This document shows positions 34,670 through 46,700 of a DNA stretch of 54,622 nt, one piece after another (the first letter of the stretch is position 1; every line of letters begins with the position of its first letter). Source of the stretch: Nemertoderma westbladi (Eukaryota; Animalia; Xenacoelomorpha). Under the pieces are notes generated by a model. The model was given only the letters and a program-made list of their open reading frames with translations, ran no database searches and was not told the DNA's origin. The translations under genes and the position numbers were made by a program. The stretch spans positions 1 through 54,622 of the forward strand of contig JAUCBJ010001092.1 in assembly GCA_032718475.1 (NCBI GenBank), read 5' to 3'.

Positions 34670-36368
34670 CAAAGCCTCTCCCCAAGAAAGGAGACCTCGG
34701 TGTACCAACAAACTATCGTGGGATCTGTTTGCTTGTGGTAGCTGCCAAAATATACAATAAAATGATTCTATATAGGATTAGGCCTCACATAGAGAAACTA
34801 CTGCGTAAGAGCCAAAACGGATTTCGACCAAGTAGATCAACAATAGCTCAGATACTTGCACTACGGAGACTGATTGAAGGAATTAAGTCAAAGAATCTCC
34901 CCGCAGTCATGACTTTTGTGGACTTCAAGAAGGAATTCGACTCGATCCATAAAGGTAAAATGCTTGAAATCATAAGAGCTTATGGAATACCAGAAGTAAT
35001 TGTTGCTGGGATTGGATTGTTATATTGTGACACAGAAGCGCAGGTACTCTCACCAGATGGTGAAACTAAGTTCTTCTCAATCCTGGCTGGCGTACTGCAA
35101 GATGACACATTGGCGCCACTGCAGGGCCGTATTAACGGCGGGACTTTTGGGGCTGCAGCCCCGGGCCCCGTGAAGGTTTGGGGCCCACCAGAAAAAGAAA
35201 AAAAGTAATCAATGGTCCCTCCTTACATTAAAAAAAATAATATTTTTGGAACCACGTTAAAACTAAAACATACAAGCTACAAGGAATATTGTACCCAGAT
35301 GAACAAATGCGAAATTCACATTCCAAATTATACTACTGAAAATTTACCATACCATACATACCTCTCCAATTTCTCACTGTAAACATTGCCAAAGGGCAAG
35401 AAAGGAGGGGGGGACATAATGTAAAGAACACTAACAGTTGTAGTAAAGGAAGGGAGCAACACTGAGCTGTATACAGACAGTATTACCTACATATATTACC
35501 TAAATGTTATGAAATCCAGAAAACTGGCCGAAATTTTTTGAAGCTTATGAAATTACCTTTCATATAAATAAAAAATTGCATAAAACGGTTAAGAAATGGC
35601 GGAAGAGTAATATTTTTCGCGTGAAAAAATGTTATTCAGAGATAATTGCCTGAAGTTCAAACCTTCCCGCGCAAAATCGCCTGTATGGGGTCTGGTTGGT
35701 TAATAGAGTCTGACAGGAAGGAAGCACACCACTGAGCAAAAATTATATTCACGGGGGTTTTCGGGGTCGCTGAATTCATTTCCAGAGGCAGTTTTAATAT
35801 TTGATGTAATCTAGTCTGTCCGTCGGTCGGCTGTCTGTCTTACATTTTGACATTCAGATTGCCAGACAGATATTCCACGATAATTCGAGAACTAAAAGAT
35901 ATCTCTCTACCGGTAAGCAGTTTTTAGATTTGAAATCCCCATTAAATTCTGCTCTACAGTAGATACAATAAAAAACAATTCTAAAATTTGTCATCATTAT
36001 ATGCGAACATCCCCCCCCCCCCAAAAAAAAAAAATTTAAGGGGGCCCCAAATTTATATTAGCCCCGGGCCCCGATATAGCTTAATCCGGCCCTGGGCGCC
36101 AGTACTACAGTAATTGTAATGGTACTGGATTCTGGATTACGCCATAAGGACGGCCACTAAGAGTGAAGATCTGGGATTCACACTTCAAGAACGCAGAAGT
36201 AGTAGATATCCGGCAACTACAGTCACAGACACCGACTTCGCGGATGACATCGCCCTGCTCTCTAATACGCTAGCAGATGCACAGCTTCTACTGAATAAAG
36301 TGGAGCTGGAGATGGCTGCTAAGGAGGTTGGATTGCATATAAATGCTACCATAAGACCGAATTCATGA
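34670..36368 (+). pseudogene. RTE-group LINE reverse transcriptase fragment, split by a MITE insertion
   Basis: PLPKKGDL…NYRGICL…QNGFR…FVDFKKEFDSI…GVLQDDTLAP up to 35121. It resumes after 36095 with LDYAIR…GFTLQERRSSRYP…TDTDFADDIALL…VGLHINA (FADD motif at ~36236). Confidence 0.88.
35122..36094. mobile_element. hAT-like non-autonomous element inserted into the LINE RT
   Basis: TIRs cagggccgtattaa / ttaatccggccctg (13/14), subterminal gccccgggcccc at both ends, and flanks sharing ggcgcca (degenerate TSD). Confidence 0.75.
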
Positions 36369-36859
36369 CTTAATGTTAATATGGAAACTTGACAACACGT
36401 TCGTGGGGCCATCGCGCAGGACGAGGGTCAGTTATTAGATAGGCCTACAAATTAAAATTGAGCAATTCTATCCCAAAATCGGTACTTAAGAAATTTAAAT
36501 AAATATTTAAGAAAATTTAACCAAACTTTTACTTAAAAAAAAACTTTCGCATTGGCAGCTTGGCATCGATGTCATAGAAGTCCACAGTCAAACTACTCAA
36601 AAAACTTTCCAAGGCAGCAAGACCACATTATTAATTGCTGCATTGTACCGATATTGCTGAATTTCAAACCCACCTGTTATATCCTGCTGTCTCCTAGCAA
36701 CCAGCTGATGCCAAGCCTAATAATTTTTGGGTAAATAATTTATTATAACTGATATTGATTTATTTAGTGATAATATAGATATTACAGTATACTTCAAATT
36801 GGATATAGATGTACATTGTACACATATAAAAAACACACATTATACTTCAAATTAAATAT

Positions 36860-37090
36860 AGTTGTTACACAACAAATCCCGGAAAAAATAACACCGAACT
36901 AATGTTGGTCTGTAGGGTTGTTATTTTTGTCCGCTATTTTGTTTTGTTATTTTTCCGCAAACCAACTGGTGTTGCTGAGGCCGAATCCCGCGGAAAATTA
37001 ACTGTTTAAAATCCGAGGCCAAAGGCCGAGGATTTTAAATAGTTAATTTTCCAAGGGGTGTAGGCCGAAGTGAATTAATTGATAACCTAC
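36860..37090. mobile_element. Putative left end of the Crypton element, with a long hairpin
   Basis: agttgttacacaac at 36860-36873. A 23-bp inverted repeat 36992-37014 / 37030-37052 (22/23) surrounds ccgaggccaaaggccgagg. Confidence 0.45.
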
Positions 37091-37505
37091 ACTACTGGTT
37101 GCAAACTGACTGATTGGAAACTGCAACCTGTAGGCGCTACAACGGTACATTCTGCTTTTTATTTTGGGTGTTTACTTTCTGTTTGACGATTTGAGTTTAG
37201 AGAACATACTGGCCGTCCGGTACCTACCGGTAGCTTCTGCATTTTGATTTCACTTTCTCTTTGACGATTTTAGTTTGTGCAGCGTAACACGGTAGGCATC
37301 TTCCCGGTAGCCTACCACGGTACATTTCTGTACTTATTTAGGATTTTACTTTCTGTTTGAGGTTTGACGAGAGCAAAAAATGGTAGGTTACATTTAAATT
37401 AGTAGGTGCGAGTAACGGTACATAGATTTCACATTCTGTTTACCTAAATATTTTAGCTGTGGTCTATTGTATTGCAAACCAGTACTGCAGTATAACCGAT
37501 TAGAC

Positions 37506-38903
37506 ATGGATGACTTAGATTTAGCTGATCTGGTGTGTTTAGAAAATCTCTTCTACGCCAATAATGATCATTTAATTTCTGTGGATTCCACATTGGGAAA
37601 TGATGAACCTATACCACCAGCTAAACGATTCAGGGATGAGTCATCTCTTCGATTATCGCAAAACGACAAAACTGATGACGAGTACATATTAACGAACAGA
37701 AACGTCCATACCGCTGATTCTACCACTGTTGCTGTCGCAGCATTTCGAAAATATCTCGACATAAACAATGTCAGCGAAACAATCGAAGAACTGAGCGAGG
37801 AATCAAAAAGAGGGGAATTAGCAAAACATTTCAACGGATTTATCCGTAAGTATAAGAAAAAAACGGGAGAAAAAGTTGAAACGACGACTTTGCGCAGCTA
37901 TTTTTATGGAGTCCTTCGCAAATTGAAAGATCTAGGGTTAGGAAATGCGCTAGAACTTCCTGAGTTTCGTCTTAGTAGAGACATCCTAAAAACTAGATTA
38001 GCGGAAACGAAAAGTGCTGGTAAGGGAAATCTTGAAAGAGCCAGTAACCCGATGGAGGAAGGCGATTTCAAGGCTATGAGGGAAAAGGGGCTTCTTGGTA
38101 TGGAGAATCCAAAAATGCTACTCGAAACGTTGTATATCGTACTTACAACCCAGTTTGGAGCTCGTCCAGGCGAGGAGATGCGAAAAATACTTGTAGGCGA
38201 TATAACAAAGCACTATAACACTGAAGAAGGTGTATACTACCTAAAACTAAAGGAACGTAGTACAAAGACGCGACACGGCGATTCGGCTCCCAGGGAATTT
38301 TCACCAAGTGTTTATGAGTATAAAGCGGATCGAAGTCTGTGTGCAGTTACACTTCATGATTTCTACATGATGAAACGTTTCCCCGATGGAAAGGTAGATG
38401 GTATGCAGCCATATTTCATACGCCCAAAGCATAACACAAAGCCAAATGAAAAATGGTTTTGTGATCAACCGGTAGGAAAGCATCAATTCGCTAAAATGTT
38501 TAGGAATCTAATAACGAAAGCTGGGTTACAAGGAGGAAAGAAGCTTACCCCTATTAGCTGTCGTAAAACGGCAGCCCAAGCATTGGTTGATGGTGGCCAA
38601 CCAGTTAACCTAGCACAGAAACAGCTAGGGCACAAAAATCTATCCACAACGACTTCCTATCTTCGACCATCTACTTCAAAGAAATTTGAAATGAGTCGTC
38701 AGTTGAGCCTTTACATGTCGGGATCATCGGCAACTAGTGATGTTACACCATCTACGAGCTTGGGATCGGAATCAGGATCGGTTTCATCGACTTTCATCAG
38801 CAATAGTGTGGAGAGTGAGACAGATAGCATCCGGGCAGTGTTTAAGGATTCGAAGATATTCGGGAATGTCACTGTATACATGAATAAAAAAAATGATGAT
38901 TAA
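37506..38903 (+). CDS. Crypton-type tyrosine recombinase (DUF3504/phage-integrase fold), intact single ORF
   Basis: Crypton-like N-terminal part (FIRKYKKKTGEKVETTTLRSY) and YR catalytic motifs FGARPGEEMR (Arg 38163), KTRHG, WFCDQPVGKH, TPISCRKT (HxxR box with His replaced by Ile), LGHKN and TSYLRP (Tyr 38658). First ATG at 37506. Confidence 0.85.
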   Translation: MDDLDLADLVCLENLFYANNDHLISVDSTLGNDEPIPPAKRFRDESSLRLSQNDKTDDEYILTNRNVHTADSTTVAVAAFRKYLDINNVSETIEELSEESKRGELAKHFNGFIRKYKKKTGEKVETTTLRSYFYGVLRKLKDLGLGNALELPEFRLSRDILKTRLAETKSAGKGNLERASNPMEEGDFKAMREKGLLGMENPKMLLETLYIVLTTQFGARPGEEMRKILVGDITKHYNTEEGVYYLKLKERSTKTRHGDSAPREFSPSVYEYKADRSLCAVTLHDFYMMKRFPDGKVDGMQPYFIRPKHNTKPNEKWFCDQPVGKHQFAKMFRNLITKAGLQGGKKLTPISCRKTAAQALVDGGQPVNLAQKQLGHKNLSTTTSYLRPSTSKKFEMSRQLSLYMSGSSATSDVTPSTSLGSESGSVSSTFISNSVESETDSIRAVFKDSKIFGNVTVYMNKKNDD

Positions 38904-39211
38904 AAGAGACTAACGTTGCTAAATGGAACTTGAATTGTACAGAAATTGCAAATTGTAAATTTTAATTTTAAATGAAAAAATAAGTTAATTTTAAAAGGAA
39001 ATTAATTTCAAAAACTTTTAAAGTAAACCCCGCAAGAAAATATAGTAAAATAAGTAAACTTATTTTAAAGTAAATTTTAAATTAGCGTGTAAGTTTCGGC
39101 GTTATGTTGCCTTTCTTGGTAATTTTTTGCAAATATAAATATCTTATTACCACAATTAAATTTTTATATGTAATCAAGGGTTTAGTGTCACGGAGTGAAA
39201 GAATAAGTTTG

Positions 39212-39839
39212 GGCATCGGTACACCTTGTGCACACCCCCCACAATTTTTTTAATAGCTATCTTTTAAAACAATATTTTGTTGAATTATGCTCTAGAACAT
39301 AATTGACATACAAAAAGTATATTTGACATTCTGTGGTAGCTAGTACTTTTGGACTAGCTAGTGTTTCAAAAATTTCTTTTTTAATATTTCCTAGTCGATG
39401 ATAGGCCTTATATGCTGCAGAAATTGGCAAAAAAGTAAAATTAAGATCAAAGTAGCTAGTATTCTCGAATACTGTTAATATATTGCAACAGAGAGGATAA
39501 TAATAAAATTTATTTTAATCTATTTTTACAAAATATCTACTATTTAAAAAAATACTAGCTACCATGAAAAAAATAAATTTTTCCACAATGTAGATTGCGT
39601 TCTGGAACATTATTTCATATAAAAAATCTGAAAGTTTTTACCTATTTTTACAAAAACACTAGCTAGTTAAAAATATACTAGCTATCATAATAATTCAATA
39701 TATTTTCTTTGAAATATATATATTTTCAATATATTTTCTAGAACATTAATAATTTCTAGAACATTAATAAAGGCAAAAACCTGCTTAAACATAGCTAGTA
39801 AAGAAATTGAGGGGGGTGTGCACAAGGTGTACCGATGCC
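39212..39839. mobile_element. MITE with perfect 29-bp TIRs and 8-bp TSD (Merlin-like GG termini)
   Basis: TIR ggcatcggtacaccttgtgcacacccccc at 39212-39240, inverted at 39811-39839. TSD taagtttg at 39204-39211 and 39840-39847. Confidence 0.9.
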
Positions 39840-40702
39840 TAAGTTTGGTTGGCCAGGGCTATACATTGCGTTATTTCGACCTCGCTGTGTTTTTATTTTG
39901 TTGAGCACCGGTGGGAGCCCTGGGTTGGACTTTGGACAGGTAATAGCAAGGCTAGAAACGCTAGCTACCGGGGAGATAAATACTGTAGGGGCAGGGGGGG
40001 GGGGGGGGGGGGTTCTCTAATCGATTGATTCAAATAGTAACTATGGAACTAATCTTGTCAATTTACTGTTATAATAAATATGATAAGATTCAAATGAGGG
40101 TGAGTGTCACTACTACATAAAGAAATTTTAAAAGGTTGGTCATGTTAAAATATTACAATTTAAATAATCGGCATTCGTGGAAGCAACTTAAAATGGACGA
40201 ATTAAATAATTTGAAATAAGACAGGATTTGAGATCGGATTAAAGCTTTCGAGATTAGGTAAAATTCGTACCGGTAGTGCGGTAGTTTTGGAGAATATAGT
40301 TTTTATCACTTTTGCGGATGTAAACTGTACTCCCCGGTGGACTGGCCTTTTGAAAAGCATGGACCTCTGAAAAGAGGTCAAACGAAGCCAGCGGTCAGTA
40401 AAAGTTTACTAATAATTATGAAATTATTACTAAGTTCAGTTTTTCTTTCTGAATTTCATATTGCATGTTTCCAAGCCACTCACCTAAATCGGTAAAAATA
40501 AATAATATTATTTGTTTTTATTTTTCCCCCAAAAATACCATGCCCCTTTTTTATATCCTCTCCCCAAAACTATGCCCTTTTAGAAATGTTATAGTATTGG
40601 GCATGGGCACAGCCAACAGTGGTGCAGTTTTATATTAGAAAAATTTTGTTTGAAATAATTTATACATTGCTTAATATTATAATAATCAACCTTGAAAAGT
40701 TT

Positions 40703-43700
40703 ACGAGAAAAGCATTTCCTAAAGGAAATGCAACCACGAAGCTAAGGAAAATTAAACAAAGGGCCACAATTTGGTTTGTTGCTTAGCCTAGTTTAGTAGC
40801 ATTTGCCAATAAATAACTTATATTCCCATGGAAACTAGAATTCTCTGGAACTGTTGGTTTTACCTTTGAAAAAAGATTCAGTGCAGATTGTGGTTCAACA
40901 CATACCAAGTTTTGAAAATATTGAGTTTATGTCCAAATTACCGATTTTCTATCAAAATGCATCTGTTTGCAGTGGTTGTCATGGAAACTGAAAAATAGAA
41001 CAATGTAATTCGGATGCAGAATAAGTCATATAGTGGGGGTAGGTCTTGGTCCCAAGTCATAATACTATTAACTTGTGTTTCAAATTATCATTTTAGAAAT
41101 TTTAACATCTGTTTAGTCTTGTTGCTATGGTAATTGGATTGTGTAATTAACCTCGAATGGATTGTATATGGACCTTACAGATGAGTTGCAAAACCCCAAA
41201 TTTATATTTATTACATTATTTTGCTACAAATAGAGTTTTTATTGAATTTAGACTTGAATGATATAGACTTTAATAAACTCCAGTTACCATGGTAACAAGA
41301 TATTTCTGGAATGTTTTCAGTTTCACTAAAAGTTCCAACTAATGGTCCAGATAACACATTCCCAGTTTCGTAAAATTTTATCGTGAAGTCTATGTCCAAA
41401 TGAATTATTTTAGTATAAAAACATCTGTTTTCAGCGGTTGTCATGGTAACTGCAAAATTAAACAATGAAATTCGGACGCAGAATAAGTCATATAGTGGGG
41501 GTAGGGGTTGGTCCCAAGACATAACACCTTAACCTTAGGCTTCAAATTTTCATGTTTTCAGCGGTTGCCATGGAAAGTGAGAAATAGAACAACGTAATTC
41601 GGATGCAGAATAAGTTATATAGAGGGGGTAGGGCTTGGTCCCATGTCATAATAGCTTTAACTTTTGCTTAAAATTATCATTTTATAAATTTTAACGTCTG
41701 TTTAGCCTGGTTATCATGGTAACAGGATTTTTTAATTTACCTCAATCTGCTCGACTATGGCCCTTGTAGTTGAGTTGAGAAACCCCAAGTTTATATCTAT
41801 TGCGGTTTTTCTACAAATAGAGTTATGAATATAGACCTGAATGATATAATCTGTAATAAACTCCAGTTACCACGGTAACTAGATATTTCTGGAATGTTTT
41901 GAGTTTCACTAAAAGTTCGAACTAGTGGTCCAGATAACACATATCCAGTTTCGTAAAATTTTATCGTGAAGTCTATGTCCAAATGAGTTATTTTCGTATA
42001 AAAACATCTGTTTTCAGCGGTTGTCATGGTAACTGCAAAATTAAACAATGAAATTCGGACGCAGAATAAGTCATATAGTGGGGGTAGGGGTTGGTCCCAA
42101 GACATAACACATAAACCTTAGGCTTCAAATTAACATTTTATAAATTTTAACATCTGTTTAGCCCGGTTGCCAAGGTAACTGGAATTTCTATTTAACCTCA
42201 ATCGGCTCTGCTATGGACCTTATAGTTGAGTTGAGAAATCCCAAGTTTATATGTATTATAGTTTTCCTACAAATAGAGTTATAAATATTGACTTGAAATA
42301 CATAGACTTTTTTCTAAGTCCGTTGCCATGGAAACCAGATTTTTCCTGAATATGAGACCCATCCCACACGACGCGCCTTGATGAGTTGTATATACATGCA
42401 AAATTTCAGGGTACTTTTAAAGGCTAGTTTTTTCCCCGACCAAAAAACCCCAAATCTGCCCCACACAAGTAAAATAGCCCACTATGAATAGACCATCTCA
42501 GCTAAGGAAAATCTTTCTTAGCGAAAGTAGTTGATTTTCCTTAGCTTCGTGGATAATAATGCAATTATTACGAGAAAGGCATTTCCTAAAGGAAATGCAA
42601 CCACGAAGCTAAGGAAAATTAAACAAACGGCCACAATTTGGTTCGTTGCTTAGCCTAGTTTAGTAGCATTTGCCAATAAATAACTTCTATTCCCATGGAA
42701 ACTAGAGTTCTCTGGAACTGTTGGTTTTACCTTTGAAAAAAGATTCAGTCCAGATTGTTTTTCAGATAACACATCGAGTTTCAGAAAATATTGTAGTTTA
42801 TGTCCAAATTACAGATTTTCTACGAGAAAGGCATTTCCTAAAGGAAATGCAACCACGAAGCTAAGGAAAATTAAACAAACGGCCACACTTTGGTTCGTTG
42901 CTTAGCCTCGTTTAGTAGCAATTGTCAATAATTAACTTCTATTCCCATGGAAACTAGAGTTCTCTGGAACTGTTGCTTTAACCTTTGAAAAAAAATTCAG
43001 TACAGATTGTGGTTCAGATAACACATATACTGAGTTTCCGAAAATATTGTAGTTTATGTCCAAATTACCGATTTTCTATAAAAATGCATCTGTTTGCAGT
43101 GGTTGTCATGGAAACTGAAAAATAGAACAATGTAATTCGGATGCAGAATAAGTCATATAGTGGGGGTAGGGGTTAGTCCCAAGTCATAATACTATTAACT
43201 TGTGCTTTAAATTATCATTTTATAAATTTTAACATCTGTTTAGACTTGTTGCTATGGTAACTGTATTTTCTAATTAACCTCAAACGGCTTGTATATGGAC
43301 CTTATAGATGAGTTGCAAAACCCCAAGTTTAAATACAATACAGTTTTGCTACAAATAGAGTTATCAATATAGATTTGAATGATATAGAGTTTAATAAACT
43401 ACAGTTACCGTGGTAACTAAATTTCTGGAATAATTTAAGTTTCACTAAAAGTTCCAACTAGTGGTCCAGATAACACACCCAGTTTTGTAAAATTTTATCG
43501 TGAAGTCTATGTCCAAATGATTAAGTTTTGAATAAAAACATCTGTTTTCAGCGGTTGTCATGGTAACTGAAAAATAGAACAATGTAATTCGGATGCAGAA
43601 TAAGTTATATAGTGGGGGTAGGGGTTGGTCCCAAGTCATAACACCTTAACCTTAGGCTTCAAATTAACATTTTATAAATTTTAACATCTGTCTAGCCCGG

Positions 43701-46700
43701 TTGCCAAGGTAACTGGATTTTCTATTTAACCTCAATCGGCTCTGCTATGGACCTTATAGTTGTGTTGAGAAACCCCAAGTTTATATCTATTATAGTTTTC
43801 CTACAAATAGAGTTTTAAATATTGACTTGAAATACATAGACTTTTTTCTAAGTCCGTTGCCATGGAAACCAGATTTTTCCTGGATATGAGACCCAGCCCA
43901 AAAGATGCGCCTCGACGAGTAGTATATACATGCAAAATTTCAGGGTACTTTTAAAGGCTAGTTTTTTCCCCGACCAAAAAAAACCAAATCTGCTCCATAC
44001 AAGTAAAATAGCCCACTATGAATAGACCATCTCAGCTAAGGAAAATCTTTCTTAGCGAAAGTAGTTGATTTTCCTTAGCTTCGTGGATCAAAATGCATCT
44101 GTTTGCAGTGGTTGTCATGGAAACTGAAAAATAGAACAATGTAATTCGGATGCAGAATAAGTCATATAGTGGGGGTAGGTGTTGGTCCCAAGTCATAATA
44201 CTATTAAATTGTGCTTCAAATTATCATTTTATTAATTTTAACATCTGTTTACTCTTGTTGCTATGGTAAATGGATTTTCTAAATAACTTCGAACGGCTTG
44301 TATATGGACCTTATAGATGAGTTGCAAAACCCCAAGTTTATATATATTACAGTTTTTCTCCAAATAGAGTTATGATTATAGACTTGAATGATATATAACT
44401 TTAAAAAAACTACAGTTACCATGGTAACTAGATATTTCTGGAATGTTTTGAGTTTCACTAAAAGTTCCAACTAGTGGTCCAGATAACACATACCTAGTTT
44501 CGTAAAATTTTATCGTGAAGTCTATGTACAAATGAATAATTTTCGTATAAAAACATCTGTTTTCAGCGGTTGTCAAGGTAACTGCAAAATAGAACAATCA
44601 AATTCGGACGCAGAATAAGTTATATAGTGGGGGTAGGGATTGGTCCCAAGTCATCACACCTTAACCTTAGGCTTCAAATTAACATTTTAAAAATTTTAAC
44701 ATCTGTTTAGCCCGGTTGCCAAGGTAACTGGATTTTCTATTTAACCTCAATCGGCTCTGCTATGGACCTTATAGTTGTGTTGAGAAACCCCAAGTTTATA
44801 TGTATTATAGTTTTCCTACAAATAGAGTTACAAATATTGACTTGAAATACATAGACTTTTTTCTAAGTCCGTTGCCATGGAAACCAGATTTTTCCTGGAT
44901 ATGAGACCCATCCCACACGATGCGCCTCGACGAGTAGTATATACATGCAAAATTTCAGGGTACTTTTAAAGGCTAGTTTTTTCCCCGACCAAAAAAAACC
45001 AAATCTGCTCCATACAAGTAAAATAGCCCACTATGAATAGACCATCTCAGCTAAGGAAAATCTTTCTTAGCGAAAGTAGTTGATTTTCCTTAGCTTCGTG
45101 GATACTGAGTTTCAGAAAATATTGTAGTTTATGTCCAGATTACCGATTTTCTACGAGAAAGGCATTTCCTAAAGGAAATGCAACCACGAAGCTAAGGAAA
45201 ATTAAACAAACGGCCACACTTTGGTTCGTTGCTTAGCCTCGTTTAGTAGCAATTGTCAATAATTAACTTATATTCCCATGGAAACTAGAGTTCTCTGGAA
45301 CTGTTGCTTTAACCTTTGAAAAAAAATTCAGTACAGATTGTGGTTCAGATAACACATACTGAGTTCCAGAAAATATTGTAGTTTATGTCCAAATTACCGA
45401 TTTTCTATCAAAATGCATCTGTTTGCAGTGGTTGTCATGGAAACTAAAAAATAGAACAATGTAATTCGGATGCAGAATAAGTCATATAGTGGGGGTAGGG
45501 GTTAGTCCCAAGTCATAATACTATTAACTTGTGCTTCAAATTATTATGTTATAAATTTTAACATCTGTTTAGACTTGTTGCTATGGTAACTGTATTTTCT
45601 AATTAACCTCAAACGGCTTGGATATGGATCTTATAGATGAGTTGCAAAACCCCAAGTTTATATATATTACAGTTTTGCTACAAATAGAGTTATCAATATA
45701 GATTTGAATGATATAGAGTTTAATAAACTACAGTTACCATGGTAACTAAATTTCTGGAATAATTTAAGTTTCACTAAAAGTTCCAACTAGTGGTCCAGAT
45801 AACACATACACAGTTTTGTAAAATTTTATCATGAAGTCTATGTCCAAATGAATAAGTTTTGAATAAAAACATCTGTTTTCAGCGGTTGTCATGGTAACTG
45901 AAAAATAGAACAATGTAATTCGGATGCAGAATAAGTTATATAGTGGGGGTAGGGATTGGTCCCAAGTCATAACACCTTGCCCTTAGGCCTCAAATTAACA
46001 TTTTATAAATTTTAACATCTGTTTATCCCGGTTGCTAAGGTAACTGGATTTTCTATTTAGCCTCAATCGGATCTGCTATGGACCTTATAGTTGAGTTGCG
46101 AAACCCCAAGTTTATATCTATTATAGTTTTCCTACAAATAGAGTTATAAATATTGACTTGAAATACACAGACTTTTTTTGAAGTCCGTTGCCATGGAAAC
46201 CAGATTTTTCCTGGATATGAGACCCGGCCCAAAAGATGCGCCTCATCGAGAAGTATATACATGCAAAATTTCAGGGTACTTTTAAAGGCTAGTTTTTTCA
46301 CCTATCAAAAAACCCCAAATCTGCTCCATACAAGTAAAATAGCCCACTATGAATAGACCATCTCAGCTAAGGAAAATCTTTCTTAGCGAAAGTAGTTGAT
46401 TTTCCTTAGCTTCGTGGATCAAATTGCATCTGTTTGCAGTGGTTGTCATGGAAACTGAAAAATAGAACAATGTAATTCGGATGCAGAATAAGTCATACGA
46501 GAAAGGCATTTCCTAAAGGAAATGCAACCACGAAGCTAAGGAAAATTAAACAAACGGCCACACTTTGGTTCGTTGCTTGCTTAGCCTCGTTTAGTAGCAA
46601 TTGTCAATAATTAACTTCTATTCCCATGGAAACTAGAGTTCGCTGGAACTGTTGCTTTAACCTTTGAAAAAAAATTCAGTACAGATTGTGGTTCAGATAA

